A DNA stretch of 64,000 nt from Trichosphaerium sp. ATCC 40318 (GCA_038496445.1 JALMLS010000275.1:27159-91158); one strand, 5' to 3'. Counted from the first letter of the stretch, positions 12,600-26,020 are shown. Made by a program: numbers and translations. The notes: generated by a model from the letters alone, not told the origin.

Positions 12600-15430
12600 T
12601 TACAACTCACTAGCCATAGAGTCTAGTTTTCTACCCCTTTCCATAACAAATTGGTACATAAAAAATACCGCAAACATCATCACCACGATAACGATAGTCT
12701 CAACTCCTATTTTAATACCGCTTGTATACTCCCTGGCTCTCCTTAATAAATTCTTTGTTCCTTCCTATTGTACTGTGAGAATGAGAAAATATCTAAGAGA
12801 AAATGTGTGCCTTAAATTTCCTTATGGATGTTCTATCATCAGCGAGTCTTGTAACTACAACGTAATTTGGTTAGTAGTTACTTTTTTAAGCTCTGATATG
12901 TTTTTTTACTTGCCTCCTCCTACTCCGCATAGTTGAATTTTTTCCAAACATCTGGCAATAGCTTCAACTGTTCTAAAAGTACACAGTCATCTCTCAGAAT
13001 GAAAATAAAAAAAAAAAAGCAGCTCTCGACTTACAGCTTGTATTTGGTACTATCCCTATCAAACACTTCTCGTTTTGTGTAGTTGGAAACATACACTACT
13101 TCGTCGAATTCTACAAAGGGATTAAATAAATTAAACAAGCGTTTACTTACTGTCTTCTGCTTCGTCCCACTTTACTTTGTCAAGATTCGCATCTTGAATA
13201 GGAGCTTGCCCAGGGGCAGTGATTTCATCGTTTGCTTTGTCAATATGAGTGATGAGTACAATATATGGGATTCCTAGCAAATTTAAGTAAATACAAATAC
13301 AACACTGGCATACCTCTTTTCTTCAAGTCCGTTGCATAAGACTGAAGTGAACCTAGTGCGTTGCTATCTTTGTATTTTCCAACCAAGATCGCTAATTGGA
13401 TTTTATCTTTTTCTTGCTTTCCTCTAGCTCTCATATAATCCTTATCGTCCTGAGTTGGCAACGCTTCGATATCTGTGCACGTGGTCAGCTTTTTTTGGTT
13501 TGGATTTCAACGCGGCTACACGCACATTTTTCAATTTCTTCCCCGATCTTCTTCTCCTCAAGTGCATTGATAGACATTCCGCTTTTGATCGTTTCTTCCA
13601 GTAATGTCACGTGCTCCCCAATGTCTTGACCTGATGGAATGCCAGGAGTAGTCCTACGGAGGTATAAGAAGCAACCATTGAGGTTTAAGCACACCAAAAT
13701 TTCAAGAAGATGTTGTTGTGTAGCCGTAATCCAACTCGACTTGTAGTTCCAGTTATCGCCACTGTACTCTCACTATCGAAGGTTGCAGTTCGGTCTAAGC
13801 CTGAAGCAATAGATAGTATATTATTAAAGAAACATGTCTTGCCAGAACTTGGAGGACCGGCAACAGCGATGTTACAAGTAGAGCCCCAAGAAGGTGTAAA
13901 TTCAGCGATAGCTATTTCCAGCTCTTTAACAGATGGGTTTATTGCTAGTAGAGCAGCACGATTTATGTTCGCCTTTTGAATGATGTTCGGCTCGTTCCTA
14001 AAAGAGTTTGTTAGGCGCATACAAAGTGTGGATATTTCAGTTCCTTTAGGAACATTAACGTACACTGCCATACTATGTTGCGGGGTGTTGTACTGCCTGT
14101 TACAGGACTGTTTAAGAGGTAAACTGTATCCAAGCAGTGATGCAAGTTTTCGAGGTGTTATGCCATCCTTGTTGGTTGCTTGCATTAATGCCCCTACCAA
14201 GTAAAAGTGAACTTGTAACGATGAGATATCAAAAGTTTGTACCTTTGTCAATCAAAAATTTGAGTACATTTGTATTTTGTACTGCTACTGCCCAGAACAA
14301 AGGTGTGTCACCTCGTTCGTTTTTAGATTCGAGACATGCTCCTTTAGAAAGAAGATCTTCAGCATTTTCAACTGTACCATGTGCTGCTACGAAATGAAGT
14401 GCAGTATCTCCGTCTAGTTCTGTTAGTGACAAATGCTTGATGCAACGTACATCTATTACTACCACTTGAACCAAGTTTAGAGAGTGTGTATATGTAATCA
14501 AAACCATCAGGAAGGGTAGCCTCAGTCTGGTCTGCTGAGTCGCATAACAGGTAGCCACTTGAGTCATATCTTGATTGGTCTGAAGGGGGACCTGCCTTAT
14601 TCTCATCAGGGGTTTTAACACAATGGCCTGCAATCATTTGTTCGTGTGTAACATATTGAACTGCAACATGGTTTTTCGACCATCCATTAGCTTAAATAGA
14701 ACATTAGTAACATGTACGTAGAGTATTTGACATACCCGATAATACTCTTGTGCACAGTCTACAGGTTATACTTTGTATTGCCATGTTTACTTGTTCAATG
14801 CATAACGAGGAATGGTCAGGCATATAGGACTTGTGCACACATGTTCCTTGCTCCGTATAAAAGTAAATTGTAGATGGTGGCCAAAAATTAATTCCTCCAA
14901 CTGTTCCTAGAGCAAGTGTAAGGACATTCCAAAACTCTTCATTTCTAACCCCGCATTCCACAGTTAAGTAAAATAACATTAGGTGCGATACTTGTTATTG
15001 TAGGTTTGCCAAAGCCTATGACGTTATCAAAAGAAGTGTCACAAAGTGTTTCCAAACCAACCCATCCACATATAAGCCGTTACTTTAACAATGAATTCAA
15101 TAAGGAGTTCGCTCGATTGCTGCTTTAGTAGATTGTAAGAAACACATGTGATCATATAGGCACCATACCGAAAAAACACCAAACCGTAGGCATGCATCGA
15201 ACTTAAATGGGTGTCCATCCAATCTAACATTAATTCCTATCCAAACGATCATTTATTGTATTGTTAATACCAGTAAGTTGTACCTAATTGAACTCCATCA
15301 AAGCTGGCAACACCAGAAATATCAAAATTTCTTCGAATGTAATCTAAAAAATACATAGTTTTTTAGTACTAAGGATACTGGTATAATGATTGAGTCCATT
15401 CAGAGTAGGTAGAACTGCTGAAGAGCACAT
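12600..15430 (-). pseudogene. Copy A: N-terminal domain + ankyrin repeats + IFI44-like P-loop GTPase + C-terminal TM anchor; 2-bp frameshift near 15045
   Basis: GDTALHFVAAHG/GDTPLFWAV; NIAVAGPPSSGKTCFFN; FWTTPG; KDKIQLAILV; GIPYIVLITHIDK; VSNYTK; TM VETIVIVVMMFAVFFMYQFV; aaacacttt vs aaacacacttt in copy B. Confidence 0.75.
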
Positions 15431-15519
15431 GGTGGTACTAGAAAATGGAATGGCCCGTAACTTTAGACAGACGTTTTAGAATCTTTCGTTTCGCCTATCC
15501 AAGCGCATATTTATACCCG

Positions 15520-15972
15520 CAACATAATTTCAGCTTCAAAAAAAAACCAAATAAAAACACGTGATCCAAACGTCACGCAAAAAAAAAATGGATCTTGGTA
15601 GAATGTTTTTCGTTTACTAAAAGCTAATTACGTAGTTTTAGGCACGAAAATGCTTGCCTACCTCTTGGTTCGTCGTTTTCTCTAAGCTTCAATTGTTTAA
15701 AAGGTGATAGCCCTAGTTCCGGTTCAATAGTACACTGTACGTAGTATTTTGGTGCATCTTCTTTCACAGTCTACAAAGCAGTTAGTTTTAATACTATTGA
15801 GAGTCTTTACCAAACAAACGCATGGTTCTGGTGTTAAATACTTGTTCGAACGTTCATCGCCAAAGAAATGTACTGTAGTTTCAATATCCCCACAATCCAT
15901 TGTAGCGAAAGGTGAATCGCACGCTACAGACGGTAGAAGTGGAAATAGGCCTTCAAGTTGATTTGTCTCCAT
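15520..15972 (-). pseudogene. Upstream small spliced ORF (METNQLEGLFPLL..), duplicate of 20260-20770 with an internal deletion
   Basis: Near-identical to the 20462-20770 ORF but missing ~20 codons. Confidence 0.45.
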
Positions 15973-16117
15973 CTGGCGTATTTGTTCGAGTTAATAGTTT
16001 ATTTTTGATTGACCAAAACAAAACCATGTCGTTAAATTAACTGAATTTGTTCGAGACTAGCGCTAGTTAAGTCTTTTTGTGCTTATAATTTCGTACCATT
16101 ATCCTAATGAGTGTGCT

Positions 16118-19100
16118 CGTATACTCCCTGGCTCTCTTTAATAAATTCTTTGTTCCTTCCTATTGTACTGTGAGAATGAGAAAATGATATCTAAGAGAAA
16201 ATGTGTGCCTTAAATTTCCTTATGGATGTTCTATCATCAGCGAGTCTTGTAGTAGTTACTTTTTTAAGCTCTGATATGTTTTTTTACTTGCCTCCTCCTA
16301 CTCCGCATAGTTGAATTTTTTCCAAACATCTGGCAATAGCTTCAACCGTTCTAAAAATACACAGTCATCTCTCAGAATGAAAATAAAAAAAAAAAAGCAG
16401 CTCTCGACTTACAGCTTGTATTTGGTACTATCCCTATCAAACACTTCTCGTTTTGTGTAGTTGGAAACATACACTACTTCGTCGAATTCTACAAAGGGAT
16501 TAAATAAATTAAACAAGCGTTTACTTACTGTCTTCTGCTTCGTCCCACTTTACTTTGTCAAGATTCGCATCTTGAATAGGAGCTTGCCCAGGGGCAGTGA
16601 TTTCATCGTTTGCTTTGTCAATATGAGTGATGAGTACAATATATGGGATTCCTAGCGAATTTCAGAACCTTTGATGGGTAACCGTAATCCAAACTCTACT
16701 TGTAGTTCCAGTTAAAGCCACTGTACTCTCACTATCGAAGGTTGCAGTTCGGTCTAAGCCTGGAGCAATATATATTATACCATTAAAGAAACATGTCTTG
16801 CCAGAACTCGGAGGACCGACAATAGCGATGTTACAAGTAGATCCTGCTATAAAGATCTGGACAAACTTGAATAAAACGTGGAATACTCACTGCGACAAAC
16901 TGGAATCCAGTATGGATGAGATGATCTCTAATGTATCTAAGTTTAGAGTACAATTAAAATAGCATTAGAGCTATAGACCAATATGTCCTAGCGAAGGCAG
17001 CCTCAATCTTCAGTAGCAATCCCACACAAACTGTAAAGAAAATGGAAAAAATAATCCGAAAACATACACGTAAACTATGCAAATCCATCAATGAGCAAAA
17101 AGACGCAGACTATATGGCGGTTACAAGGAAGTTGTGAAAAATGTGATATGTGATATGCATTGAAGACAAGCAAATAGATATGGCAACACAATACTAACTG
17201 TGACAATTCAGCAATGGTTGCTGTTAAAAATGACAGACTACGGAACGCCCAAACATTTAACTCACAAGTAATATCCAAAATGGGCGATATCAAACTTCCT
17301 CCACCAGGAAACAGAGATGGACACTATCAAATACACGATAATTTTTTGGACACGTGGGGAGAAATAAACAGCAAAATATAATATACACTCCTAATGGCTG
17401 TACACGTGTTTTACTCCGTTACAGACATTTGGGTAAACTTCAGTTGACTTCGTATAAATCAACGACAACAACCGACAAAGCTTAAACAACATGGCGAGCA
17501 GCAATCACCCACACCCCACCCAAAAATTTCCTTTTCAATTTGTTTTAAAAAACTGTAAAAACCTTTCTTTATTTTCCAAGTGTTCTTGTATAATATAACA
17601 AATGCTTGGCACTGTAATAGAGCCACAAGACATTTTGGTTGGATGCATTCATATCTGTACCTTCGTATCTGGATGGTTTGGTCGATTCAGTTATCCAGCT
17701 GTCATCCCATGCCTTTTAATTTTCTTCTTTCCTTGATTTTTGGTAGTTGCCGTGTACAGCTATTCTGTTCTTACTATGAATTTATTGTCCCATTCCCAGT
17801 CATTCGTAGTGAGGTGTTATGATGTATTTGTTTTTGTCTACCTAATTTTGCTAGGTTATCTGCTTCTCTATTTCCTGTTTCTTTCTTTTGCATACGATAT
17901 TTATACAAAAATACAAGATGGGAACGTATGAAACTAGCAGATGTGAAATATGCGGAGATGAAGATGAAGAACAAGCAGAAGACATAAATTAATTACTCCG
18001 ACCTTACAAACCTTCCTAAACTCCACATCTGAAGTCATAGGACAGGTAAGTAAATATCAAAAAAGCACCAATGGCAACTTAGAAGGGATACAAGAGGTCA
18101 TACCAATAACAGGACACCTAGAAACAAATGTTGTCAAGAGTAAACTAAAGGAAAAACAAACAGAACAAAATACGCCACCTATGAACGTATATTCAATCAC
18201 ACGAATATGTTCATGAGATATAGAAACCCAAATAGAAGTATATCACCAGAATTATGGCTCTTGGCCATTCTGGGATTCAACAAAAGAGACTACACTAACA
18301 GGAATCACATGCAAAGACAGCATGAAATACCCGACATTCTACAACGAAATGTTATACGTATCGAGAATGATATCCTGGGCTCACAGTTCCAATCATGCTT
18401 TGGATATATTGCATTCCAAACGGCCACACGCCTATCGACAGAATATCACAAGGAATTAGCGATAAATCTACTATCAAGAGCTTAGAAAAACAGTATTAGA
18501 GATGGCACAACAGAAGACTTGAGGAATACAGATGAAGATTAGTTTACTAACAAAAACTTTTAGGGGCAATTCCAGGTTCTATGGAGAGCTTGTGTTGTAC
18601 TATATAATGTAACGTAATATGCGCCTTGAGTAAGCTTTGCGAAATCAAAATAAACCATACAAGTAGATCCCAAGGAGGAGCAAATTCAGCGATAGCTATT
18701 TCCAGCTGTTTAACAGATGGGTTTATTGCTAGTAGAGCATGATTTATGTTCGCCTTCGGCTCATTCCTAAAAGAGTTTATTAGGCACATACAAAGTATAG
18801 ATATTTCAGTTGTAGGAACATAACGTACGCTGCCATACAGTAATACCCAAGAGGTAAACTGTATCCAAGCAGTGATGCAAGTTTTCGAGGTGTTATACCA
18901 TCCTTGTTGGTTGCTTGCGTTAATGCCCCTACCAAGTAAAAGTGAACTTGTAACGCGATGAGATATCAAAAGTTTGTGTACCTTTGTCAATCAAAAATTT
19001 GAGTACATTTGTATTTTGTACTGCTACTGCCCAGAACAAAGGTGTGTCACCTCGTTCGTTTTTAGATTCGAGACATGCTCCTTTAGAAAGAAGATCTTCA

Positions 19101-20175
19101 GCATTTTCAACTGTACCATGTGCTGCTACGAAATGAAGTGCGGTATCTCCGGCTAGTTATGTTAGTGACAAATGCTTGACGCAACGTACATCTATTACTA
19201 CCACTTGAACCAAGTTTAGAGAGTGTGTATATGTAATCAAAACCATCAGGAAGGGTAGACTCAGTCTGGTCTGCTGAGTCGCATAACCGGTAGTCGCTTG
19301 AGTCATATCTTGATTGGTCTGAAGGGGGACCTGCCTTATTCTCATCAGGGGTTTTAACACAATGGCCTGCAATCATTTGTCCTAATGTAACATATTGAAC
19401 TGCAACATGGTTTTTCGACCATCCATTAGCTTAAATAGAACATTAGTAACATGTACGTAGAGTATTTGACATACCCGATAATACTCTTGCGTACAGTGTA
19501 CAGGTTATACTTTGTATTGCCATGTTTACTTGTTCAATGCATTTCGAGGAATGGTAAGGTATATGGGACTCGTGCACACATATTCCTTGCTCCGTATAAA
19601 AGTAAATTGTAGATGGTGGCCAAAAATTAATTCCTCCAACTGTTCCTAGAGCAAGTGTAAGAACATTCCAAAACTCTTCATTTCTAACCCCGCATTCCAC
19701 AGTTAAGTAAAATAACATTAGGTGCGATACTTGTTATTGTAGGTTTGTCAATGTCATCTATGCTGTTATCAAAAGAAGTGTCACAAAGTGTGTTTCTAAA
19801 CCAACCCATCCGCATATAAGCCGTTACTTTAACAATGAATTCAATAAGGAGTTCGCTCGATTGCTGCTTTAGTAGATTGTAAGAAACACATGTAATCATA
19901 TAGGCACCATACCGAAAAAACACCAAACCGTAGGCGTGCATCGAACTTAAATGGGTGTCCATCCAATCTAACATTAATTCCTATCCAAACGATCATTTAT
20001 TGTATTGTTAATACCAGTAAGTTGTACCTAATTGAACTCCATCAAACGTGGCAACACCGTATGGATCAAAATTTCTTCGAATGTAATCTAAAAAATACAT
20101 AGTTTTTTTAGTACTACGGACACTGGTTTAACGATTGAGTCCATTCAGAGTAGGTAGAACTGCTGAAGAGCACAT
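16118..20175 (-). pseudogene. Copy B of the ankyrin/IFI44-like GTPase gene, disrupted by a retrotransposon insertion and deletions
   Basis: 5' exons open (18870-20175); P-loop fragment NIAIVGPPSSGKTCFFNG at ~16780-16845; 3' exons 16118-16660 near-identical to copy A. Confidence 0.8.
16845..18657 (+). mobile_element. 5'-truncated, degenerate non-LTR retrotransposon with an internally inverted RNase H segment
   Basis: 13-bp TSD TACAAGTAGATCC at 16832-16844 and 18658-18670; empty site in copy A (~13872); RT-thumb-like peptide on +; GNREADNLAKLG on - (17840-17875); zf-like SRCEICGDEDEE on +. Confidence 0.8.
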
Positions 20176-20259
20176 GGTGGTACTAGAAAATGGAATGGCC
20201 CGTAACTTTAGACGGACGATTTAGATCTTTCGTTTCGCCTATCCAAGCGCATATTTATA

Positions 20260-20770
20260 CCCGCAACATAATTTCAGCTTCAAAAAAAACCAAATAAAAA
20301 CACGTGATCCAAACGTCACGCAAAAAAAATGGATCTTGGTAGAATGTTTTTCGTTTACTAAAAGCTAATTACGTAGTTTAAGGCCCTTAAACGCTTGCCT
20401 ACCTCTTGGTTCGTCGTTTTCTCTAAGCTTCAATTGTTTAAAAGGTGATAGCCCTTCCGGTTCAATAATACACTCTACGAAGTATTGTGGTGCATCTTCT
20501 TTCACAGTCTACAAAGCAGTTAGTTTTAATACTATTGAGAGTCTTTACCAAACGAACGCGTGGTTCTGGTGTTAAATACTTGTTCGAACGTTCATCGCCA
20601 AAGAAATGTACTCTAGTTTCAATATCCCCACAATCCATTTTAGCGACAGGTTTTTTAATATCGTCTATCTCTGGCTGGTGTGTGTTCGCTGTGTCATCGC
20701 TTGTAGCAAAATATGAATCGCACGCTACAGACGGTAGAAGTGGAAATAGGCCTTCAAGTTGATTCTCCAT
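20260..20770 (-). CDS. Small spliced hypothetical protein or gene fragment (MENQLEGLFPLLPS..)
   Basis: ORF continues after GT-AG introns (..EPRVRL|TVKEDAPQYFVECIIEP..); duplicated at 15.5-16.0 kb. Confidence 0.4.
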
Positions 20771-20964
20771 CTGGCGTATTTGTTCGAGTTAATAGTTTAT
20801 TTTTGATTGACCAAAACAAAACCATGTCGTTAAATTAACTGAATTTGTTCGAGACTAGCGCTAGTTAAGTCTTTTTGTGCTTATAATTTCGTACCATTAT
20901 CGTCGGGTCTACATACGTAAAGATAAATAATCAATATACTACCGCTAATAAGCATTTAGAGCAA

Positions 20965-23093
20965 TGGAATTGATTCAAAAAACGCTAGACGGTTCGTTTA
21001 CTGTTTCCTTTTTATGTTTCCCCCGTTTCTCACAAATTAAAAAGAAGGAGAAACGTTGCTTCACGCAGCGGTAAATGAAAAAAACCACGACGCTGTCATA
21101 TTACTGTTAAACAACGGGTGTGATGTAAATGCGAAAACTAAAAAAAGAGGCATAACTCCACTGCACCTAGCCGCGGTGAAAGGTGAAGCTCGTATCTTTG
21201 ACACTCTCCTAAAAGCAGGTACTGCTCATTGTTTAGCTCAATCATATTCTTTCCTCACTTTTTTTTTACTATTGTAGGAGCTGATGTCAATGCAACTACA
21301 ACTGATGGTTTGACACCAGCCAGAGCAGCCCGAATTTTTGGTGAAGTGAAAGAGCAACACAAAGGATCTATGCGCAAAGAAAACGCATACAATGTACAAA
21401 CCACAAGTTCATACAGTTCAAGAACAAGTGCTCATTTGACACTTGAATCACCTCCAGAAAAGATACAAGAAGAAAAGTCACGTGAATTTAAACCTATCCC
21501 AGAAACCGTTTTCTCTTCTTCACCGAAAATTTGTGGCAACAAACCAATATCATCTCAAGGGAAATATCACGATAGGAGTTTTAAATGCATACTCGCGATA
21601 ATGTTGGCACAAGGTCGAAACATGAGTGTAAGTTTCCTTCTCGCTTTTCTTCTTTTTTGCTTTCCTTGACTCCAATTGTGAATTTGTTACTCACTCTCAT
21701 AAGATCCCGGAACCTGTATATCATGCAAACCCATTTGCAAACCGTGAACCAATTAGAGTGATTCTTCCTGGTAATGACATAACAAAATATGAATGTGAGG
21801 TTACACATCAGAATAAAAAAGAGTTAACACGAACATTCAAATGTGGCGATCCAAACCTAAAATATAATAAGAAAAAAGGGAGACATCCAGTATTGGAGAA
21901 ACGACAATCATCTACAAAAACGCCAGACGGAAATTTACAATACAACTTGGTATTGGTACTTGCTCACAGTGGGTGGTACACCGCGACCATCAGCCACATT
22001 GACTCCAAAGAAATTTATAAGATAACCATCCGCGCTTACTCTCGCAATTCCAATTACAAAGGCCTCAAAGATAAAATAAAATACTACACATCTGAAAAGC
22101 AAGTAACCGAACAAGAAAAGAACCTCAGAAGTCGTGGAAACCAAAATACAAAGCAGTATGTTATCAGCTTAAGCTACAGTTCGCTAATGTAAAGTAAGGC
22201 CTACAAACAATCCTCAAACAAGACAAGACACAGAAAAGCCTGTTACATTATTGCAAATACGAAATTCGGATGAAATCCTGATGGAGAAAATGTCCAAAAA
22301 GCGAAAAAATACACACAAGCACGTCATTTCAATTTTAGCTACAACTGCTAATATTAATTTTAGGCCTACAAACAATTCTCAAAAAAGACAAAGAACAGGA
22401 AAGCCTATGACATTGCACAACAGTAATTCAGTTGAAATCCTGCGGGAGAAAATGTCGAATCTGCTTGTTGGCAAAAAGCATACTTCAACATTCTATATCA
22501 ACTTGCTTGGTAAACCCGTACTCACAAAAGAACAACTCGATAATGGATGTACACCTACAACTATCTGGGGCACCGAACCTGATCCGAGAAAAGTTACAAT
22601 TACCACTCATGCCATCAATACTCCTTCTGAAAAAGAACTTAACGAGCTTCTCATGGAAGCCTCTCGTCTCATTTATGGCTCCAAAGAAATTATCATACAA
22701 AATCTACACAATAAAAGCGCTGGTTTGGAGATCACCAGAAACTCCTATATCATCACAGTGCGAGATTCTGACAGCATCCCTTTATCTTCAAAAGAGAGCT
22801 GTTTTTTTATTCATGGTCTACTTTGGTCAGCTGTGGCTCGCCTCCCTATAGTTCAAGAGGTTCGCTTTTCAGGTATTCCAGTACCTATTATTGAAAGTGA
22901 CTTTTCAGCTTTTGTGGCTCAGCAGTTCAATGCCACTGTTATTGATGGAAAACGAGTACTTTTAAACAATTTCCCAACTAAAGACATTATCATTTCTCTT
23001 GGTGAAGCATGTGATAAGCTCATGGAAGGGACATTCTCTTTACACCTCCAGCGCGAAGAATTACATATCATATACAAAACCATTAAGAGTTAA
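20965..23093 (+). CDS. Ankyrin-repeat protein with an unknown central beta-rich domain and C-terminal domain
   Basis: MELIQKTLDG|ETLLHAAVNEKN..GITPLHLAAVKG..|ADVNATTTDGLTP; exons continue to TAA at 23093. Confidence 0.75.
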
Positions 23094-24084
23094 GCTAGGG
23101 TTTTCATAATCCACTAAAACTGTTTTGTTCTCCGTATTCCATTGTAAAATAAACTTAACATTTGCATTTTGACTTCGCTAATTTAAACAACCCAAGAACA
23201 TCTTCATTATGTGTTTTCACAGTAGGTAATAAAGGTCTTCGCCTAGAATTTGGTAAAAAACATCAAGATAAAAATGCGAGCGAAAGGTGGCACTTAGCCT
23301 AGTCCAACACTACCAGATTGGAGGAGACTCCGTCTCGCTCGGTTGCGACCCTATTTGGATCAACGTAGCCAGAAACCCTTCCCATTTATTGGATTGATCT
23401 CTTGTACAAATCAATAAATTACATTAAACAAACTTTTTCTATCGTAATCTGGCATTGAGCACGTTTATTATCCTCAAGATGCAAACCATCCAGATAATAC
23501 AAGGCTTGATACAAATGTCGGTACATGAGTTTTAGTGGTCTGTTCAGCTATACCAACTTGAAGATAACAATCAGCAGTGAAAAGGTTTACACAGATTGTT
23601 GTGGTTACTATTGGCTCAGGATGCGTAGTTTTAAAATTTTAAGAGCTAACAGCTAAAACGAACCAGAAAACGCATAGCAAAAGACTTCTATTGGTAAAGT
23701 AGTATCAGGAGAGAATTTCGTTAAGCAGTTCTACTACTGGTTTAACGATTGAGTCCACTCAGAGTAGGTATAACTGATGAAGAGCACATGGGCTATGAAC
23801 GTGGAAATTGAGAATCAGATATGCCTCGAAAATGTTGATTTTATCTCAGCAATAAAAACTCTGTCCTGTCAACTGTGAACGTGTCTTTCAACTTCTTTAC
23901 TACGGACCCAGTCATGTTTTTATCACCTTAATAATATCAAGTACGTACTAGCCCATCCACACGATGGAGGGAAATACTTATCGTTTTACCATTGATAGAA
24001 AGGTAGGTATGTTGTGCCTATCCTTGAGTTTGGAATAACTACTGCTTCCGGAGGACGATAACTGAGCAGTGATTTATATATTTT

Positions 24085-26020
24085 CTGGCGGGTTCATAGG
24101 AAAAAAAACTCCCGGTTCATAAGAATTTCAACTTTTTTCAACGCAACCATACACACAGCAGTCAACTTTTAATTGTTTGTTTCTTTTTACAGGTATGGGA
24201 ATCATGCTCAATATTGTATACAAACAGCAAAATCTCATATTGAAGCATTTGATAGGCCGGGACATGACGAAATTCACAGCGTCCACATTTTTCTGTTTTT
24301 TTTAGCAGTGTCCATGAATTGATCACGCACCACCTGAGATAATACAAAATAACGTGATATGGTTGCTGTATAGGCAAGTGACATAGAGTGTTCAATACAA
24401 GACCCCATTGAGAATATCAATGTCATTAAAATGAGTGACATACATTTCCCTACGAACTGAAATTTGAGAGTTTAGTAGTAATGCATACACTTGTAGTCAT
24501 TGTAAGACTCTAAAATGTCTACAAGATTAGTGCTAGGGCAATAAAATAGATGTGGCTTCAGTTATGGATCTTTGGAGTTGTCACATAATACACACGCAAA
24601 ATTCAAGCAACCGGGCAGACACTTAAATATGTACCCTTTGTGTTGAATCCAACGTTGCGCCTATTGATTGGTCGTTTTTTGAAACTTTCGCTACTAAAAT
24701 CGTTAGTATGATAAACAAAGTGTTGTAGAAGATCCTTTATGAATTGTAACGCGTGATAAGTTGTGTACAAGCTTGTTAAACCAGAAAATGTTGTAATGTA
24801 CACTAAACGACACGCCATGACACGCCATGACAAACTACGTACTGTTTTTAAACCATGTGATTGATTCTTATGAATGGGGTAGTCTTTTTCTGTTTTTTTA
24901 CTAGATGGGAGTTGACACTTTTATATTTGTGATTCTAATAATTCAGTCTCGGGCATATGGTCAAATCCCAGTCTTGAAAATATGCGCGTACTTTTGTAAA
25001 GTCGATTATTCTGCGCTCTAGCTGTACTGGTTTTACTCAGCCAAATTTTGTGCGTGTGTTTGTGGTATCAAATAATTTTTTGCTACACACAGTACTGAGA
25101 AATCGCGAAAAAACATACACGCCAGTAACAGCTGGTGCTCTTGTGTGGCTTGAAAATTAACACGAACTTGTTCGGGCTGTATGGCATCGTAAAAAATGTG
25201 GACCTGCATGTGGGAGGAGAAAAGCTGTATTTACCTGTTCCATCATTGTTTTTTTTTATTATGTGGTTGCATTGTATTACATCTTGTGGTAATTTATTTC
25301 ACCAGTAGGGATTGTAAAAATCAACTACAGTAGTGAAAATTGCACTAATTTTCAATTTTAAAAAAGTTTTTCACTAAATTTGGTAATAAATTGCGAAAGT
25401 CGTGCACCAAAGTACTTTATTGAATTTCATATAGCTATAAACGATGAAAATTAAATACATACAATACACTGGGCGCTTTTTACAAAAATGTAACGGTTTA
25501 ACAGCAAATAAGAGGTGTACTTCTACTATTTGGATTTCTAGGCGCGTATAAAGCAACAATAACCACTTCTTGGGAGTGTTAGTTGTATAGAAAATCAGAA
25601 AAAGCTGTTTTTCTTATACAGGCGCCACAGCGCCTATAATATTGTACCAACGCTTCTCACAATTATAAGATTGTGCTTTATGGTGTTTTTTTGCAGATCA
25701 AGGGTGTGCTGTGCATGAAAACAGAGTTTGTGAACAAACAACACTCATGCTCCCCATAGATACTTTAAACCACATAGTGCATGTAATGCGCCATTAAACA
25801 GGACGAGTGTACTTTTTTTTCTCTTGTGCCAAAACCAAAAATAACCAAAATACTTGCGATGTATTTACACACGTAAAACACCATGTTAAAACACATTAAC
25901 GGCCATTATTATTAAGTCACAACTTGCTTATCAAGAGCGACTTGTGCCATACACTATGAATGGGGAGTTCAAAAAGTTAAGTCTTATGAATGGGGATATT
26001 AAGTCGTAAGATCTCGGCAG
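24085..26020 (-). mobile_element. Degenerate piggyBac-like DNA transposon relic
   Basis: Minus-strand fragments FIKDLLQHFVYHTNDF, QWGLVLNTLCH, LYYLRWCVINSWTLLK in piggyBac motif order; imperfect inverted TTCATAAG/CTTATGAA end repeats. Confidence 0.5.

Noticed and set aside
13470-13530. Apparent shared frameshift in GTPase copies A and C (..ADHVHRYR*)
   Set aside because: It is a GTGCGT...CACAG intron; splicing gives EIEKYIEALP in frame.
15345-15378. GTATCCTT on the minus strand as a second U12 intron
   Set aside because: No U12 branch site, very short, and copy B reads GTGTCCGT at this position.
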